DNA from: Octopus vulgaris
Lineage: Eukaryota
Assembly (NCBI GenBank): GCA_951406725.2
Contig: OX597815.1
Location: forward strand, 153,078,001-153,142,000
Direction of reading: 5' to 3'
Length of the DNA: 64,000 nucleotides
The position numbers and the translations under genes are program-made. Positions 25,733 through 39,815 of this stretch are shown here, in pieces; position 1 is the stretch's first letter, and the number at the start of each line of letters is the position of its first letter. A model generated the notes under the pieces. That model was not told the DNA's origin. It saw only the letters and a list, made by a program, of their open reading frames with translations, and searched no databases.

Positions 25733-26012
25733 TGTGTGTGTGTCTCTCTCGCCCTCTCAATATATATATATATATGTGTATATGTATATATATATATATG
25801 TATATGTATATATATTTATTTATATATATATGTATGTATGTATATATATTTATTTATATATATATAAACACACACACATATATATATATATTGGTGTGTG
25901 TGTCCTTGTGTCTGTGTCTCCCACGATTGTTGATAATTGGTGTTGACATGCTTACGTCCTCATAACTCAGTACTTCGGCAAATAAAGTCGATAAAATAAG
26001 TACCAGGCTTAT
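25548..26012 (+). mobile_element. SINE family A with expanded internal (TA)n
   Basis: Head ..ggttccaggtttagtctccctgcgtggcaccttgggcaag..; tail ..cagtacttcggcaaataaagtcgataaaataagtacc. Confidence 0.78.
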
Positions 26013-26820
26013 TCTAGTCATTATCTAATAACTGGAACAGAGGAAAAGAAAAGAAAAAGCAAACGATCGATTAGTTAGTTGGGTAGGTATTTAACCAGTT
26101 GACTGATAACAAAGGAGTGGAATTGAACCGATGCGTGTATTACTAATATTGGCCTAATGACTGTCCCTAGATACAACTGGACATAATTATGGAACGAGGA
26201 AAAGACAATGTCACTCAATGTCACTTATTTTAATTCGTCCGGTATGGACGGGAGACAACTCTGGACATATTTTTGTTGCTTTAGACGTCTTTAGCTAAGC
26301 CTAGACTGCATTGTAATTTTTAAATAATCAAAATATTTCTGTCATTGACTAGTATTCTTTTTCATGAGGTAGCTCTGATTTTCTAGCTATTTAGCTGCTG
26401 TTTCTTGTAGGTCGAGTGACACCCAGCATGCTAGCGGTAACAGAAAGTACCCTATTAGTTCAGGTTTATATATTAAAGAGAGAAAAACATCAGCGGTTAT
26501 GGGTTGTTTTCCTTCCTGTTTAAAGTGATACTCATCAATTTACCACTCACGGATGGTACTGGTAGCATGTATTCATTAACAAACTGTCTCGCACGGTCAC
26601 ATCGTCGTCGAGTACCTAATTGTCTCCCTTGATAGGTTTGTTTAGTGAAGTGGGTTGCTAGGAATCCGGCACAACAACAACAATAATAACATCTGTCAAA
26701 AGATCGGATTAAATTAACGTAGCGAAGCCAAGGGAGTGGGCTTCGACAGTTGATGTCGGATCAAAAGGGAATTCGGGACCTACCAACACAATTCATCTCG
26801 ATGAAAGCATGTATGTATGT

Positions 26821-26883
<63 letters not shown>

Positions 26884-27099
26884 CTAATAATAACAATGAT
26901 TAGGCTAGAGGTTAGAAGAAATGATGGAATTGTTTCTTGGTTTATTGATATACAGGTGTAGAAAGTCTTCGAATTTTCCAAGGAAATTAAATATAATAGA
27001 ATGAAATAAAATAAAATAAAGGAAAATAAATTAGAATATTTATGTTATTACATTAAAATATTTTTCGCCCTGTGCTTGAGAATACTTGTGTAAGACATG

Positions 27100-27382
27100 T
27101 AAGACAAAATCTGTCACTACTGATATAGGAAAGCAGTGACTGAAAAATCACTGATGTTGCGACTAGCCGTCTGTTGAATAAAAATACGTTATATGCACCA
27201 GAAACACCATTACATTAAAATACTTATCTGTATCATACGTATATAAACTGCGAAAAGGCCATTTTAAACTATTATTGCTTTTGTTGCATATAACGGATGT
27301 TTAATCAACTGGGCTGCGAATGGCAATACCAGTGATTTTTCAATCACTGTTTTCCTGTATCAGTAATGATGGATTTTGTCTT
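27100..27382. repeat. Degenerate ~60-bp inverted repeat pair
   Basis: aagacaaaatctgtcactactgatataggaaagcagtgactgaaaaatcactg (27101-27153) versus cagtgatttttcaatcactgttttcctgtatcagtaatgatggattttgtctt (27330-27382). Confidence 0.7.
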
Positions 27383-28157
27383 TGACAGCGAGTACATGCT
27401 ACTGATAAAGACCAAAGAGGCAGAAATGTGCAACTAGCTTTCTCACCGTTGCTACTGGACGATTTTCATCTGCTGCTGGTATACTTTTGTGTCTTTGAAC
27501 ACGATATGTCCATCAAAGATATTATATCCGGACGAATACGGCAGTTAATTTCCCTTTTTGCGATGTAGCTGCATTCAGTATGATACACAGATAACTATTT
27601 TTATCTAATAGTACTTCTCTTGTATGTATGTATGTATGTATGTATGTATGTATGTATGTATGTATGTATGCATGCATATATGTACATGTCCCTAACCTCA
27701 CGCATCAGACTGAAAATATTCATTTATTTATTCAATCATCTCCAAATTGATAGACTAAGTCAGTAAATGCTAAGTGCCTTTATCAGGAACACAGTGGAAC
27801 AGCAGCAGTTAGGTAAGATGCATCAACTCTTTATACGATAGAGCAGCACTCTACAGACTTCGCCATCTGCGTGGTGTGTATTCCTGAAATATTATTTACC
27901 ATTTAATAGATATTTAAGCAACAAAATTATGGCATTAACAAAAGATATATAAAGGAGGGCTTTGTTCATTCATTTCAAAGACTCTTGACCAATTCCGTGA
28001 CACAAAAATCTCTGAGACAACCAGAAAACTGTTGATAACTGAGGACGAAGATCGATAAGAAACCTATTTAGAGAAACATTTTTAGATTAAAGCTGCATTG
28101 CAGTAAATAAGAGAAAAAGAGTAAAACTTTAAATGTAAAGACATTCAGCTGATAAGT

Positions 28158-28214
<57 letters not shown>

Positions 28215-28269
28215 AATACAAACATGCACTCACATGTATATGTATCTATATATGTAGAAATATTTGCTA

Positions 28270-28480
<211 letters not shown>

Positions 28481-30741
28481 GTCCGTGTCTCTGTGTCTGT
28501 ATGTATATAAACGTATGTTTGCGTTTTTCTTTGTTTGCCTGAGTTAAGTGTATTTCGGTCTATAAAATGCTATTTGGTAAGAAATGGAAAAATAAAAAGA
28601 AAAAATTTTTTATCTTTAGTCATTAAAAATGGAATTCGATAAGAATACCCTTTTCCTTGGTTTTGTTCTATTTGTCGGCGTATTTATGGCGAAGGTAACA
28701 TATTCACATCCACCATTGTTACCCGTAATGCACAGAGCAATCCCTCAACAGTAAGGCGAACTGGAGACAAGAAAATTGATATTTTTATTATCTATATCCC
28801 CGCGTTCTTTTGTTCTCCAATGAATACCAAGGAGTTGCGAAGTATTACTGTCAAACTAAACAAGTCTAACAACAAACGGCAATATCTATGTGGGAAGAGA
28901 GTATTCATATTTAAAGTAATGGATATCGGAGAGTTTCTTCGTTTATTATTTCTATATTAACAGTTTTTGTCATATCGGAACTTTGTTCTCGAAGGTAAAG
29001 CTGTCATGTTTAAAAGCGAATGAAAATCTAGCAGTATACTGCTTTTTCAGTTGGTTGTAAAAGTTTCGTATGAAACAAATTTTATATCGGACTTTTAGAT
29101 TAATTTTCCGTGAGATATTAAAAAAAAAAGCTATAATAATAAACTAAACAAACACTTTTTTTTTACTGTTTGCAATAATGTAATCTCATATTGGAAGAAA
29201 ACGGTTATAGTAGCATATATAAGAAAAGTTTTGTTAATTTATTCTTAAGAATGAAAATTGCTTCGGGAAATTTACTAATTTAAGTTTTGCACTCTAACAT
29301 GTCCCTGGCATAGAAAAGAAGAAACCGCTTTGTCAATTTATTTTATTACCCTAAAGTCTCTAAGGAATAGGAAACAGGTTTAGCAATTTAATTTTTTACA
29401 CTAACATAGCTAAGCGTCATTAACTTACAATGACACGAGTAAATGAAGTGTTACGAGAGACATAATGATGCTAAATACTCGTGATGTCATTATACGAAAG
29501 CTTTTTAATCTCGCAAATGTTACTAATAAACTCAGACATTAATGACTCATGGTTCTGAGTCAAAGACATAATTACATTTTTCTTCCTGCCTTTGTATAAG
29601 AACGGAATATGATAATGCATTGGCAAGTACCCGAAAACTCCCTTGAAAAAATTCTTTGCCTCAGAAATGTCTATGATATTTTCATAAAAATTTAATAAAA
29701 ATCATTTTGAAGAATATAATTATTATTACAAAAGTATAGAATAAGAATTAGGCAATGATCTGTAGAATTTTTGAAACAAATTTCCAGCTTGAATTATATT
29801 AACAAAAATCCGAGTTAGTAAATACTTTTGATAATCTCTCATCCCTGATGAAATGCAAAAAGAAAATTATAAAAAAACTAAATGATAAGCAAAATAATAA
29901 TTTACCAATTAACCGTTTAAACTTGCGATTAACAGAACTTATTTTGCCAAAGACTATCATTTAATCTCAAGATAAAATAGAAGAAAGATTATTAGTGGAA
30001 AAAATTAAGTTATTCATTATATTCAAATACAATAAACTGAAGAACTATTGATATTTGGCAAGCGAGCAGATAGAATAAACTGCGCGGCCAGTAGATATTT
30101 GAGCAGCACTATATGTCAGTGGTGAGTTCAATGTAGTCATAAGATATTTGAATAAGTCAGCAAATCAATGAGGAATTGTGGATTATGTTATTACATGAAA
30201 TTCGAGTAATGCGGAAGATGAGAGAGAGTGAGCTTCTGTTGGCTATGAAAAAAAAACAAGATGATTAAGTAATGCGGCAGATAAATCGCTGGATGAATGG
30301 GTAGAGCTGTTATAGATTATAAAACTATGAAATATTATATTTTCCTTTTCAGTTGACCTTTTAACGTTTACTTTTGAAAGGACGGAGGATTGAAGTAAAC
30401 AAGGCGACGGAGTTAAAACCTTGCGGTATTTTGTTATATGCATTTTTATTTTTATTACTTCCTTTACTTTTGTGGCCCTTGGGGCCAATAAAGAAAAGAT
30501 TATTACTTTTACTTGTTTCAGGGGATGGACTGCAGCCATGCTTCAGGTACTACACGCAAGAGCTTAAGTTAAACAAACCAACCCCAGTTGTCAAGTGACG
30601 TGGGGACTAGTAGAAAGACGCATACACACACATAATTCAAAAGCACGCGCGCGCGCATATATATATTGATATATATATATATACTTTATTTAAAAGCAGC
30701 AGAAATCCAACAAAAGCTGTTACTCGGAGTTTCACGTTCCC

Positions 30742-30796
<55 letters not shown>

Positions 30797-30824
<28 letters not shown>

Positions 30825-31190
30825 TGTATGTATGTATGTATGGTGGTTGTCTACTCCTTATGCAGAATCTGCCCACCTCTTGTACCTACACCTTAGATCC
30901 ATCATGGAGTCTGATGTGACTTTTTAAACCAGACAGTGTATTGAAAAGACACACACACATCCGATTTGGACCACCAAGAGCTGCAGTTAAGTTCTGACCT
31001 TTGTGGATCTTAAAATGTCTTTTGAAGCTTCCGTTAGATTTGCAGTCCTTACAGCATACACGGCATTCAAAGGTGTGCACAGATATATAGGCAGAATATT
31101 TACTGGAGGTTTGTTTTTCATGGGTCCACAAAGGCATTGTCTGTAACAAACTGCGCACACAAAAAGGTCACCGAGATTCACCTTCTCGAT
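30797..31190 (-). mobile_element. RTE-type LINE extreme 3' end with C2H2 zinc-finger remnants and (ATAC)n tail
   Basis: FVCAVCYRQC, FECRVCCKDCKSNGSFKRHFKIH, LSGLKSHIRLH, then a short UTR and a microsatellite tail. Confidence 0.65.
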
Positions 31191-31377
31191 CGCTACATTT
31201 TTTCTTTAAATTTTTTTTTGTGTCTTGCATATGTTATCCTGGAACTTCATGACCGCCCGTGCTTCAATCTTACCAAAATCCACCACAAAATCCATCATGC
31301 ATTAAATTTGAAAAAAAGAGACAAAGATATATTGTAGTACCATCATGATTGTTTGCATATCTTTTAAATTTTTGTCC

Positions 31378-31455
31378 AACCTTCCTTATAAAAGTAACAG
31401 TTCCACCCTTTCGCAATACCCTTAAAGCCAGGAACTTTTTAGCCCACCCACGTAT
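31378..31455 (-). mobile_element. Mariner-type TIR fragment
   Basis: TACGTGGGTGGGCTAAAAAGTTCCTGGCTTTAAGGG on minus; matches 17545. Confidence 0.65.
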
Positions 31456-31751
31456 ATGTACATACATACATACATACATACAGAAAGACAGACAGACAGA
31501 CAAACAGACAGCCTAACAAACACACACATACACACACACATGGAGAGATAAGAGGGAGAAAGAGAGAATGGTTTTGTTTATTAATATATCTAATCAATCT
31601 GTCTTATTCTTTTCTCTATCTCTTTGTTTCACCATTACTCTCTTTATCTGCCCCTTTCCCTGTCTCTATACATACATATATATATGCATAGACATGTATG
31701 TATGTATATATGCATAAATGTGTGTATATATGTATATGTATATATATATAC

Positions 31752-31838
<87 letters not shown>

Positions 31839-32734
31839 TGTATGTATATGTTATACGCCTATACTCACTTGAATAAACTTCGTCCTGTGTTTTATAAGTG
31901 TTTGCATTTATGCTGTACAGTATCTACTTTCCAACAAATAGCCGCCGCATCACAATGATTTTCATTGACTGATATAACTGAGCCGACGCAATGCAGTGAC
32001 ATATATTTACATTAGTTTATATTAATAGTAATAATCTCTCAGGACACAATGGTTGTACCGACTCTTACTTTTAGCAATTGTTTTAGAAGTCGTGTTATTC
32101 TCACGAAACTCAATCCCATTAACGTTTATTAATGTTTAATTTACAGTAATTTCCAACAAGTCTCTTGACCTATCATTATACGATAAGGACGGTATATAGC
32201 CCAATGAGGTGCGTGTCAGGCAGTATGCCTTCAGTAACAATTTAGTTACGACCCTTTGAGATCTGATTTCATATTCTGCCTAGGATATTAATCTTTGATC
32301 GCCATACTGGGTTGTTAAAACATAACAGATGTCACTTAGAAACATTACACTTCCAAGTTCGATCCTATTGTTTGATCCCTTCATATGTGACTTCTGCTAT
32401 AGGCTTCTGTTGAAGCACAACAATGGTTGTAGACTAATGGTAGGCATTGGCAAGTGATGATTCTTCTGCCCACTATAAGCGTCACGCAAAAACGTTTGAG
32501 TAGGACCAGTGTATTGTGAGTGGAATTCGGAAGAAAGGAGCTGTACAGAAGCCCGTCGTGTGTGTATGTATGCGTGTGTGTATATTTATATATTGAGTTT
32601 AAATGAGCCGGTGTCGACTCGTGTTCGATAAATTAAGTACCAGTTGATTACTGGGGTCGATTTAATCGCCTTTGCCCTTCTTTCGAAATTGTACCAAAAC
32701 TTGAAACCCATATGCATGTATGAACTTATGCTTA

Positions 32735-33800
32735 ACTGCACAACAACTGCTTCTATATGAGATATAAATAATCTACATGCTCGAATCAAGTGTTTATGGT
32801 TTATTTTGGACATTACTCTGACTATGGCAGCTTTCAAAGAATCTTTGGTGTTATGGGCCTGTTCATTGACCTCTTTCTCAACAACGCTCCTCGTGTAATA
32901 GTCCGGTGAAGAGAGATCTGGGGAATTAGGAGATCAAAAGTTAGGGGTTATGTGATCATGAAAATTTTCAGCCATCCATTCCTGTGTTACCAGAGCTATG
33001 TGTAATAGCTCAGAGTCTTATTGAAACACATGGCTTTACATTGCATACACTGTCTATACAGGGCTTAAGAATTGTTTCCCTGACCTCAATGTAGGCGGCA
33101 GAGTTAACTCTAAGGCCTTGTGGAAAGCAGTAAAGAGGCATCAGATGTCCTTCATTGCTGACAACCCCTAAAACAATGACAGTTGTAGGAAATTTTGTAT
33201 GCATAACACTTAGAATTTCAGAAGGGTCTGCACATAACCACCTGCCATTTCTTCTGTTAATGTTTTGATCTTGGTCGAAGTTTTTCACATTTCAGAAAAA
33301 ACATATCAAATCTTTTTCTGCTAGATTTTTCAGTTTGTTTAAGAACCTTTTAGATATGATGTAGGAATTTTCTCTTGCTTTTTCTGACTAATTGACCTTT
33401 CCTCATCATATAAGACTGATGTCTTCATGGACAACATTACTGATTGTTCCTTCTAACATATGGAGATCTTTTGCAATTGACCTCATGGGCTTTTGGGGAT
33501 TGTAATCAATGGTCTGTTGAATTCAAGTGTTCTGATGATTTCAGAGCATTTAGAATGATTTTTATGCTTTGGTACTGGTGATACGTTCAGTCTCTAACTC
33601 CTTACAAACTTTGTAGACTTTTAAAAATCGAAATATCTCTAAATCGCTATACTCAGCCTTTATAACCACAATAACAGCATGCCTCTTCATTTCTTGTGTA
33701 AGCTGAGGATCTGACATTATTATTTTCGGAAACAAAAATTATACAGAGTCAGCAAAAAATGCAGCAATGACCCCCAAAAGGTATGTCCTCAAATACCTTT
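32735..33800 (-). mobile_element. Tc1/mariner superfamily transposase (maT/DD37D-like), pseudogenised
   Basis: KNFDQDQNINRRNGRWL..TKFPTTVIVLGVVSNEGHLMP..LRVNSAAYIE; PNSPDLS.PDYY; SLKAAIVRVM. Confidence 0.85.
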
Positions 33801-35108
33801 CGCACTTTTTCTGTTTTGTTGTTAATTTATAGTGATGATAATTCAATACTAAACTGAAGAATTACTCAATGCCTATTTTGTAAAATACATATTATATTGA
33901 TAGTTGGTAGTGACACCGTATGTCGTTATGCAACCATAATATACTACCAGGTATATTAAAGGCTTAGAAATCAATACTGTGTCCCACTTTTGTTAGTAGT
34001 GTGATTCAATCACTTTTTGTAAAGTTATCTTTAGATATTATTCATAGACAATAGAGCCAGCACTGAATGTACAACATTTCGTATGTGAATAGGTCTAGGT
34101 AAGCAATGCGATTGAAGATACAAAAATAGGTAATGGGTGTATATGCATATTTCAAGAGTTCTTGCTGCTTCTTCAACATCACATCAATCTATTAAACGTC
34201 TACGAACACATTGCTTCAATAGCCACTAAATTTAGTTGGATATTTGATTTGATCTAGTTTCAGCTTATAAGCTGTGGCCATGCTGGGGCACCGCCACCAA
34301 TTTAACATACTTAACACGTTCTTGGCAATTGATATGCACATACCAGAGCACATATGCAACATAGGATTTGGTTTTGAGCTGCATGAAATTCCTTAATGAA
34401 AATTTAGCGTCCATCTAGGCAACATGACTCACGTGTATGTCTTATCTTTCGATTCACCCGATTCTTCCGATTCATCAATTGTCGTATGCATTGAAGCAAT
34501 TTTCTTTATTTTACCTATGCAAAACAGACACTGCAGCTCAGCCTTTCCTTGCGATATGTCTTTTTCGTCTGTCTGTTTCTTGTTTTCTGCTTCGCGAACT
34601 GTATTTTCCTATATCTTCGCAGTGGACATTATGGTGTTAAATTGTTGTTGAATTGTCTAAAACTCTCATCTTTGCAAATATACTAAAAGAAATACATGAA
34701 ACGGATAGGAGAAAAATCGATGAAAACAGTGTATCAGTGTTAAGTTTTGGTTTATATAAAAGTTAAAGTTGGAACATAAACAATGGGAATTTGTGGTTAC
34801 GTAAAGAATAAAAAGATATTCGTAAATAAATTGAAGCAAAGGTCGAAATAAATCAGTATATGTGCACACACACACACACACATATATACACATGAATATT
34901 ATATATGAAAACACAATTGCCTGAAGGAAATATAAAATCTAGAAGTGTAAATACTAAACAAAATTTATGAGGTTGACAGCAACGAAAGATGTGATATTTC
35001 AAACTGTAAGTGTCAACTGAACTTCTTGAAATTCAGAAAAACTGAAATAAAATTGCAATGTGTTAGTGCTAAAAATTACAATATCTTAAATAAAAAGGTG
35101 AAATCGTT

Positions 35109-35150
<42 letters not shown>

Positions 35151-35220
35151 GTGTGTTGTGTTTGTGTATGTGTGTGTGTGTGTGTGTGTGTATGTGTGTG
35201 TTTTAATGTTTGGATTAACT

Positions 35221-35300
<80 letters not shown>

Positions 35301-35351
35301 TGTGTGTGTTTGAAAGAAGGTTTGAAAATGCAATTTTAAAGATGTTTATTC

Positions 35352-35393
35352 ACTTGACCGGTTTCACTTTTTTAGAAAAAGATTGTCAAAAGT
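35352..35393 (-). ncRNA. Minimal hammerhead motif (U3:A8 variant), stem II closing pair lost
   Basis: ACTT-TTGACAA-tCTTTT tcta AAAAAGt-GAAA-CCGG-TC-AAGT. Confidence 0.6.
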
Positions 35394-35689
35394 AAAATGT
35401 AAAGCTTTGTATAAGCTTTGTTGTGTTAAGTACTGGTTGTCACAAAAGTATTAAAATACATATATACATTCTTCGATTATAATAAGAAAATGTTAAAAAC
35501 AGTTTACACGAAAGTATTTAAGATGATACTCAACATAAACTATTAGGAGTTCAATAAAAATCATATTTTCTTGGTAGTACATATATACACAGGAGATATA
35601 TTTAAGAGTTTATAAAGAATTCTAGAGGAACCAACCTATCTTTTTGGCATTTTTGTCAAAAAATGCCAGTAAGATATATAAAACTGATG

Positions 35690-35895
35690 ACCAAACGTTG
35701 ACGTTGGTGCAATACAGCACCAGCTGCTGCAATTCTTGCACTTAATTGAGCCTCTTGCCCTCCATCACCCGTGAAAACATTTCCGAGATGCCTGAACTTC
35801 CTCACCTTCTTCAGGGGAACTTCATCTACATGTAGAGTACGTTGTGCAGGCTTCCTTAATAGCATGAGTGTCTTAGTCGTCGCAGCGCTGACTTG
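35690..35895 (-). mobile_element. RTE-clade LINE fragment
   Basis: LKKVRKFRHLGNVFTGDGGQEAQLSARIAAAGAVLHQ; homologous to 13808..14128. Confidence 0.8.
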
Positions 35896-36807
35896 CACAC
35901 ATACATACATACATACATACATACATACATACATACATACATACACACATATATACATACATACATACATACATACATACATACATACATACATACATGT
36001 GTATATGTATATATATATACATATAAATATATATATATAATGTGAGGTATATTTGCCATATTTGCTAACCACTAAAGGTGGGTGTTACTGTAGCTTGTAG
36101 CCCCAGGAGAACATCTCCTCCAGCTGGCTATATTTATTTCTATATCTATCTATATATACATATATGTAACACACATATATATATATTATGTGTGCGTGCG
36201 TGTATTTATATACGTACATATTAATTAAAGCTACTTTTAGCTTCAATGTTTAAAATAAAGATATGAACATTTATATTTAACACATTTGTACACAGTAAAA
36301 TGTGGAAGGTTTTCCACTGTAGTAACTGTACCCGTATTTTGCTAGAGATTATGTGTGTGAAAACACACCGAATGACTTCATAGAATTGAAAGATGTTTGT
36401 TTACTTATGGTTACGCTGCATCAGTTACAGACAACGATTCTATTATTAATAGCCCATAAGAACGTTTTTACTATGTAAATTGCAAAAAATAAATTTTCTG
36501 GAGTGTTCTAAGCTTTGTCAAGTTAGATTTGATTTATCGGAGGCACATTAAGTAGCAAATTTGTACCCAACACACACACCTTACCGCATGAAGACAAAGG
36601 AATTAAGTAAACATTTTTCTTTCTTTTACAAACTGCAACTTTGTATACATCTTATTGCATTATTGCATGTGTGTGTATGTGTGTGTGTATGTGTGCGTGT
36701 GTATGTGTTTTTATGTGTGTGTGTTCGCGTGCGTATACAGATGTGTAAACGTAGCGTTATTATGCATTCATAAATCTTTATATAATGAATCATATGTATA
36801 TATCACT

Positions 36808-36854
<47 letters not shown>

Positions 36855-36888
36855 CATACATACATACATACATACATACATACATACA

Positions 36889-36961
<73 letters not shown>

Positions 36962-36969
36962 TACATAAA

Positions 36970-37175
36970 ACTATAAATTTGGGTATCTGAGAGATACCAT
37001 CATGCTGAAATAGCAGTCAAAACCCTGACCGTAAAACCACCTTAAATGTTCATATCGTGCCGGGAGAGAAAACAGAGAGAAAATTATAGCAAAAAAGACG
37101 TTACTGGATAATTCAAGATCCTGGATTTCTGGGTTTGCTTCAGAGAAGCTCAGCCTTCTTCAGTTGAATATACCA
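36970..37175 (-). mobile_element. ~210-bp hammerhead-bearing short element between microsatellites (HHR 37111-37169)
   Basis: ATTCAA-CTGAAGA-..-GAAA-TCCAGGA-TC-TTGAAT with perfect 6-bp stem I; same family as 21515-21725. Confidence 0.72.
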
Positions 37176-37181
37176 GTCAAG

Positions 37182-37242
<61 letters not shown>

Positions 37243-37652
37243 GTATGTATACAGAACATACGTTATACTTACATATACGAACGCTCATACATACATATAT
37301 ATGCACGTATGTACAAGACTAGCTTAAATTACCCGCCAACATCTCCAAGCGCGATATGGTAAAAATAAACACCGCAGTGAATACAATGACGAATTATATA
37401 TACTTATAAATAAGGATAATATCAATATTTAAATATCGATCTTATCAAATTTTTCATTCACTTATAAGAAACCGCAGTTCTCTTTCTGCGGTACTATTTT
37501 GTGACACACATGGTAATCTTGGAGGGAAAGTACGAATTCATTCGTCTATATGGATTTGGATGTGCTGACTATCTTCTGCTATCTCCGATGGCGCGAGATC
37601 GGGATGCAACAGGTCGGTAAATAGCATTTGCAAATCTATAATTTATTGGATT

Positions 37653-37711
37653 GTTGTGCTGATGACGAGAATGAGTTCTTTATAATTCTAACCCGGAAAC
37701 GCGTCCACAAC
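37653..37711 (+). ncRNA. Minimal type-I hammerhead ribozyme, palindromic stem III
   Basis: GTTGTG-CTGATGA-CG..CG-GAAA-CGCG-TC-CACAAC. Perfect 6-bp stem I and canonical core; stem II partly decayed. Confidence 0.75.
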
Positions 37712-38127
37712 TGACCGAAGACTGTTTGTTTTCGTTATTTTCCTTCTTTTGCCTATGTGAGTTACAAGTAATGTTATATGTGGAGCTATATCTGTAGTAA
37801 ATAGGAATAAGCGTGTTTTGCAGTAAATCACTAAATCATCCATAACTTTTGTATTATACTCTCAAATTACACTAAAATCTCAGACAATAACAATTGATAT
37901 TATATTTATTGTATGTGAAAATTATAGAATATAAAACAACTTTGACAAAAACTTATAACTACTTTTCTGACGAAAACAATGCCGTTCTGAACATTTTGGC
38001 CGCAACTGTATATATATATATATATATATATAAGGTTAATCCAAACGGGAAAACAGAAAAAACAACAACACGTGGAATAATTACAGTATTATTATTATTA
38101 GGCGCTCAGGAAAATGGAAGAAGGAAA

Positions 38128-38162
38128 GTATGACGTTTCGAGCGGAGCTCTTCGTCGGAAAC
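38128..38162 (-). ncRNA. Degenerate minimal hammerhead motif
   Basis: GTTT-CCGACGA-A-GAGC tcc GCTC-GAAA-CG-TC-ATAC (U4C change, stem I mismatch). Confidence 0.55.
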
Positions 38163-38204
38163 ATAAGAGAAGGAAGAAAGAAGAAAGATCCCGATGTGGG
38201 CGAA

Positions 38205-38239
<35 letters not shown>

Positions 38240-38244
38240 TGAAT

Positions 38245-38620
38245 TGTTTCAGACATTAGACTGTGGTTATGCTGGGCCACAACATTGGAGAATTTCAATC
38301 GAACGAATCGACTCAAGTATTTATTTTTAAGTCTGGTTCTTATTCCATCGGTCTTTTTTACTAAACTGCTAAGTTAAGGGGACGTAAGCATACCAACACC
38401 GGTTGTCAAGCAGTCGTGTGGTGCAAATACAGACACAAAAACACACACAGACAGACACACACACATGCATGCACACACACACATTTGACAGGCTTCGTTC
38501 AGTTTCTGTCTACCAAGCTTGAGGCTATAGAAGAACCTGCCCACGGTGCCATGCAATGAGACTGAACCCGGAACCATGTGGTTGGGCTGCAAACTTCTCA
38601 CCACATAGCCACGCCTGCGC
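38245..38620 (-). mobile_element. SINE family A
   Basis: Same organisation as 21093-21466; head ..gagactgaacccggaaccatgtggttggg..cttctcaccacatagccacgcctgcgcc. Confidence 0.85.
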
Positions 38621-39212
38621 CTGTGTGTGTGTATGTGTGTGTATGCGTGTGTGCGTGTATGAGTGTGTGTGTGTGTGTGTGCTTGTGTGTGCGCATGTGC
38701 GTGAGTAATGTGTGTATGTGTGTGTAAGCACATACATACATCCATAGTTACAATGTTTCTGCTTTTTCCAATACTTCCTTTTTATTTTTAGTGAATCCAT
38801 TGAATTCCAAACAATGATTACATTTGAAACATAAAAGATGCAAAGCAATAGCTTTGATTCTCAGAATATCCAATCTGGTTTCATTCGTCAGACTATAGTA
38901 GATTGGTAGAGAGCAAAAATGTTTAAAAGCACTTAAAAAAAAGCAGGAAAATACGAAAACTTATTTTTGAAATTAGAATAAAATTTAAAAAAAAGAAAAG
39001 AAAAACAAAACGAGACAAATGACCGTCTGGAAATATTGCTTCGGGACACTGGGACTATGGTTTAAAAATCAGAAAGAAATCCCGAAAACCAGGTTATCTG
39101 AAACACGTCAATATCACCTTACAAAATAACTGAAGTTTATCTTAGAAACTTGCATTTAATCATATCTCTTTACATTAAAAAAACCGAGTCATCTTTGCCC
39201 TTCATTATTCCA

Positions 39213-39815
39213 AGCGGCGAGCTGGCAGAAACGTTAGCACGCCGGACGAAATGCGTAGCCATATTTCGTCTGCCGTTACGTTCTGAATTCATATTCCGCC
39301 GAGGTCGACATTGCCTTTCATCCTTTCGGGGTCGATTAAATAAGTACCAGTTACGCACTGAGGTCGATATAATCGACTTAATCCGTTTGTCTGTCCTTGT
39401 TTGTCCTCTTTGTGTTTAGCCCCTTGTGGGTAGTAAAGAAATAGGTATTTCGTCTGCCGCTACGTTCTGAGTTCAAATTCCGCCGAGGTCGACTTTGCCT
39501 TTCATCCTATCGGGGTCGATTAAATAAGTACCAGTTACGTACTGAGGTCGATATAATCGACTTAATCCGTTTGTCTGTCCTTGTTTGTCCTCTCTGTGTT
39601 TAGCCCCTTGTGGGTAGTAAAGAAATAGGTATTTCGTCTGCCGCTACGTTCTGAGTTCAAATTCCGCCGTGCTCGACTTTGCCTTTCATCCTTTCGGGGT
39701 CGATTAAATAAGTACCAGTTACGCACTGGGATCGATATAATCGACTTAATCCGTTTGTCTGTCCTTGTTTGTCCCTTCTGTGTTTAGCCCCTTGTGGGTA
39801 GTAAAGAAATAGGTA
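39213..39815 (+). mobile_element. SINE family C (Meta-domain-like) amplified into three 184-bp tandem units
   Basis: Units start tatttcgtctgccg at 39262, 39446 and 39630; only the first retains the A-box head. Confidence 0.92.

Noticed and set aside
39262-39815. CRISPR-like array
   Set aside because: Whole 184-bp units are repeated with no unique spacers, the sequence is SINE-derived and the context is eukaryotic.
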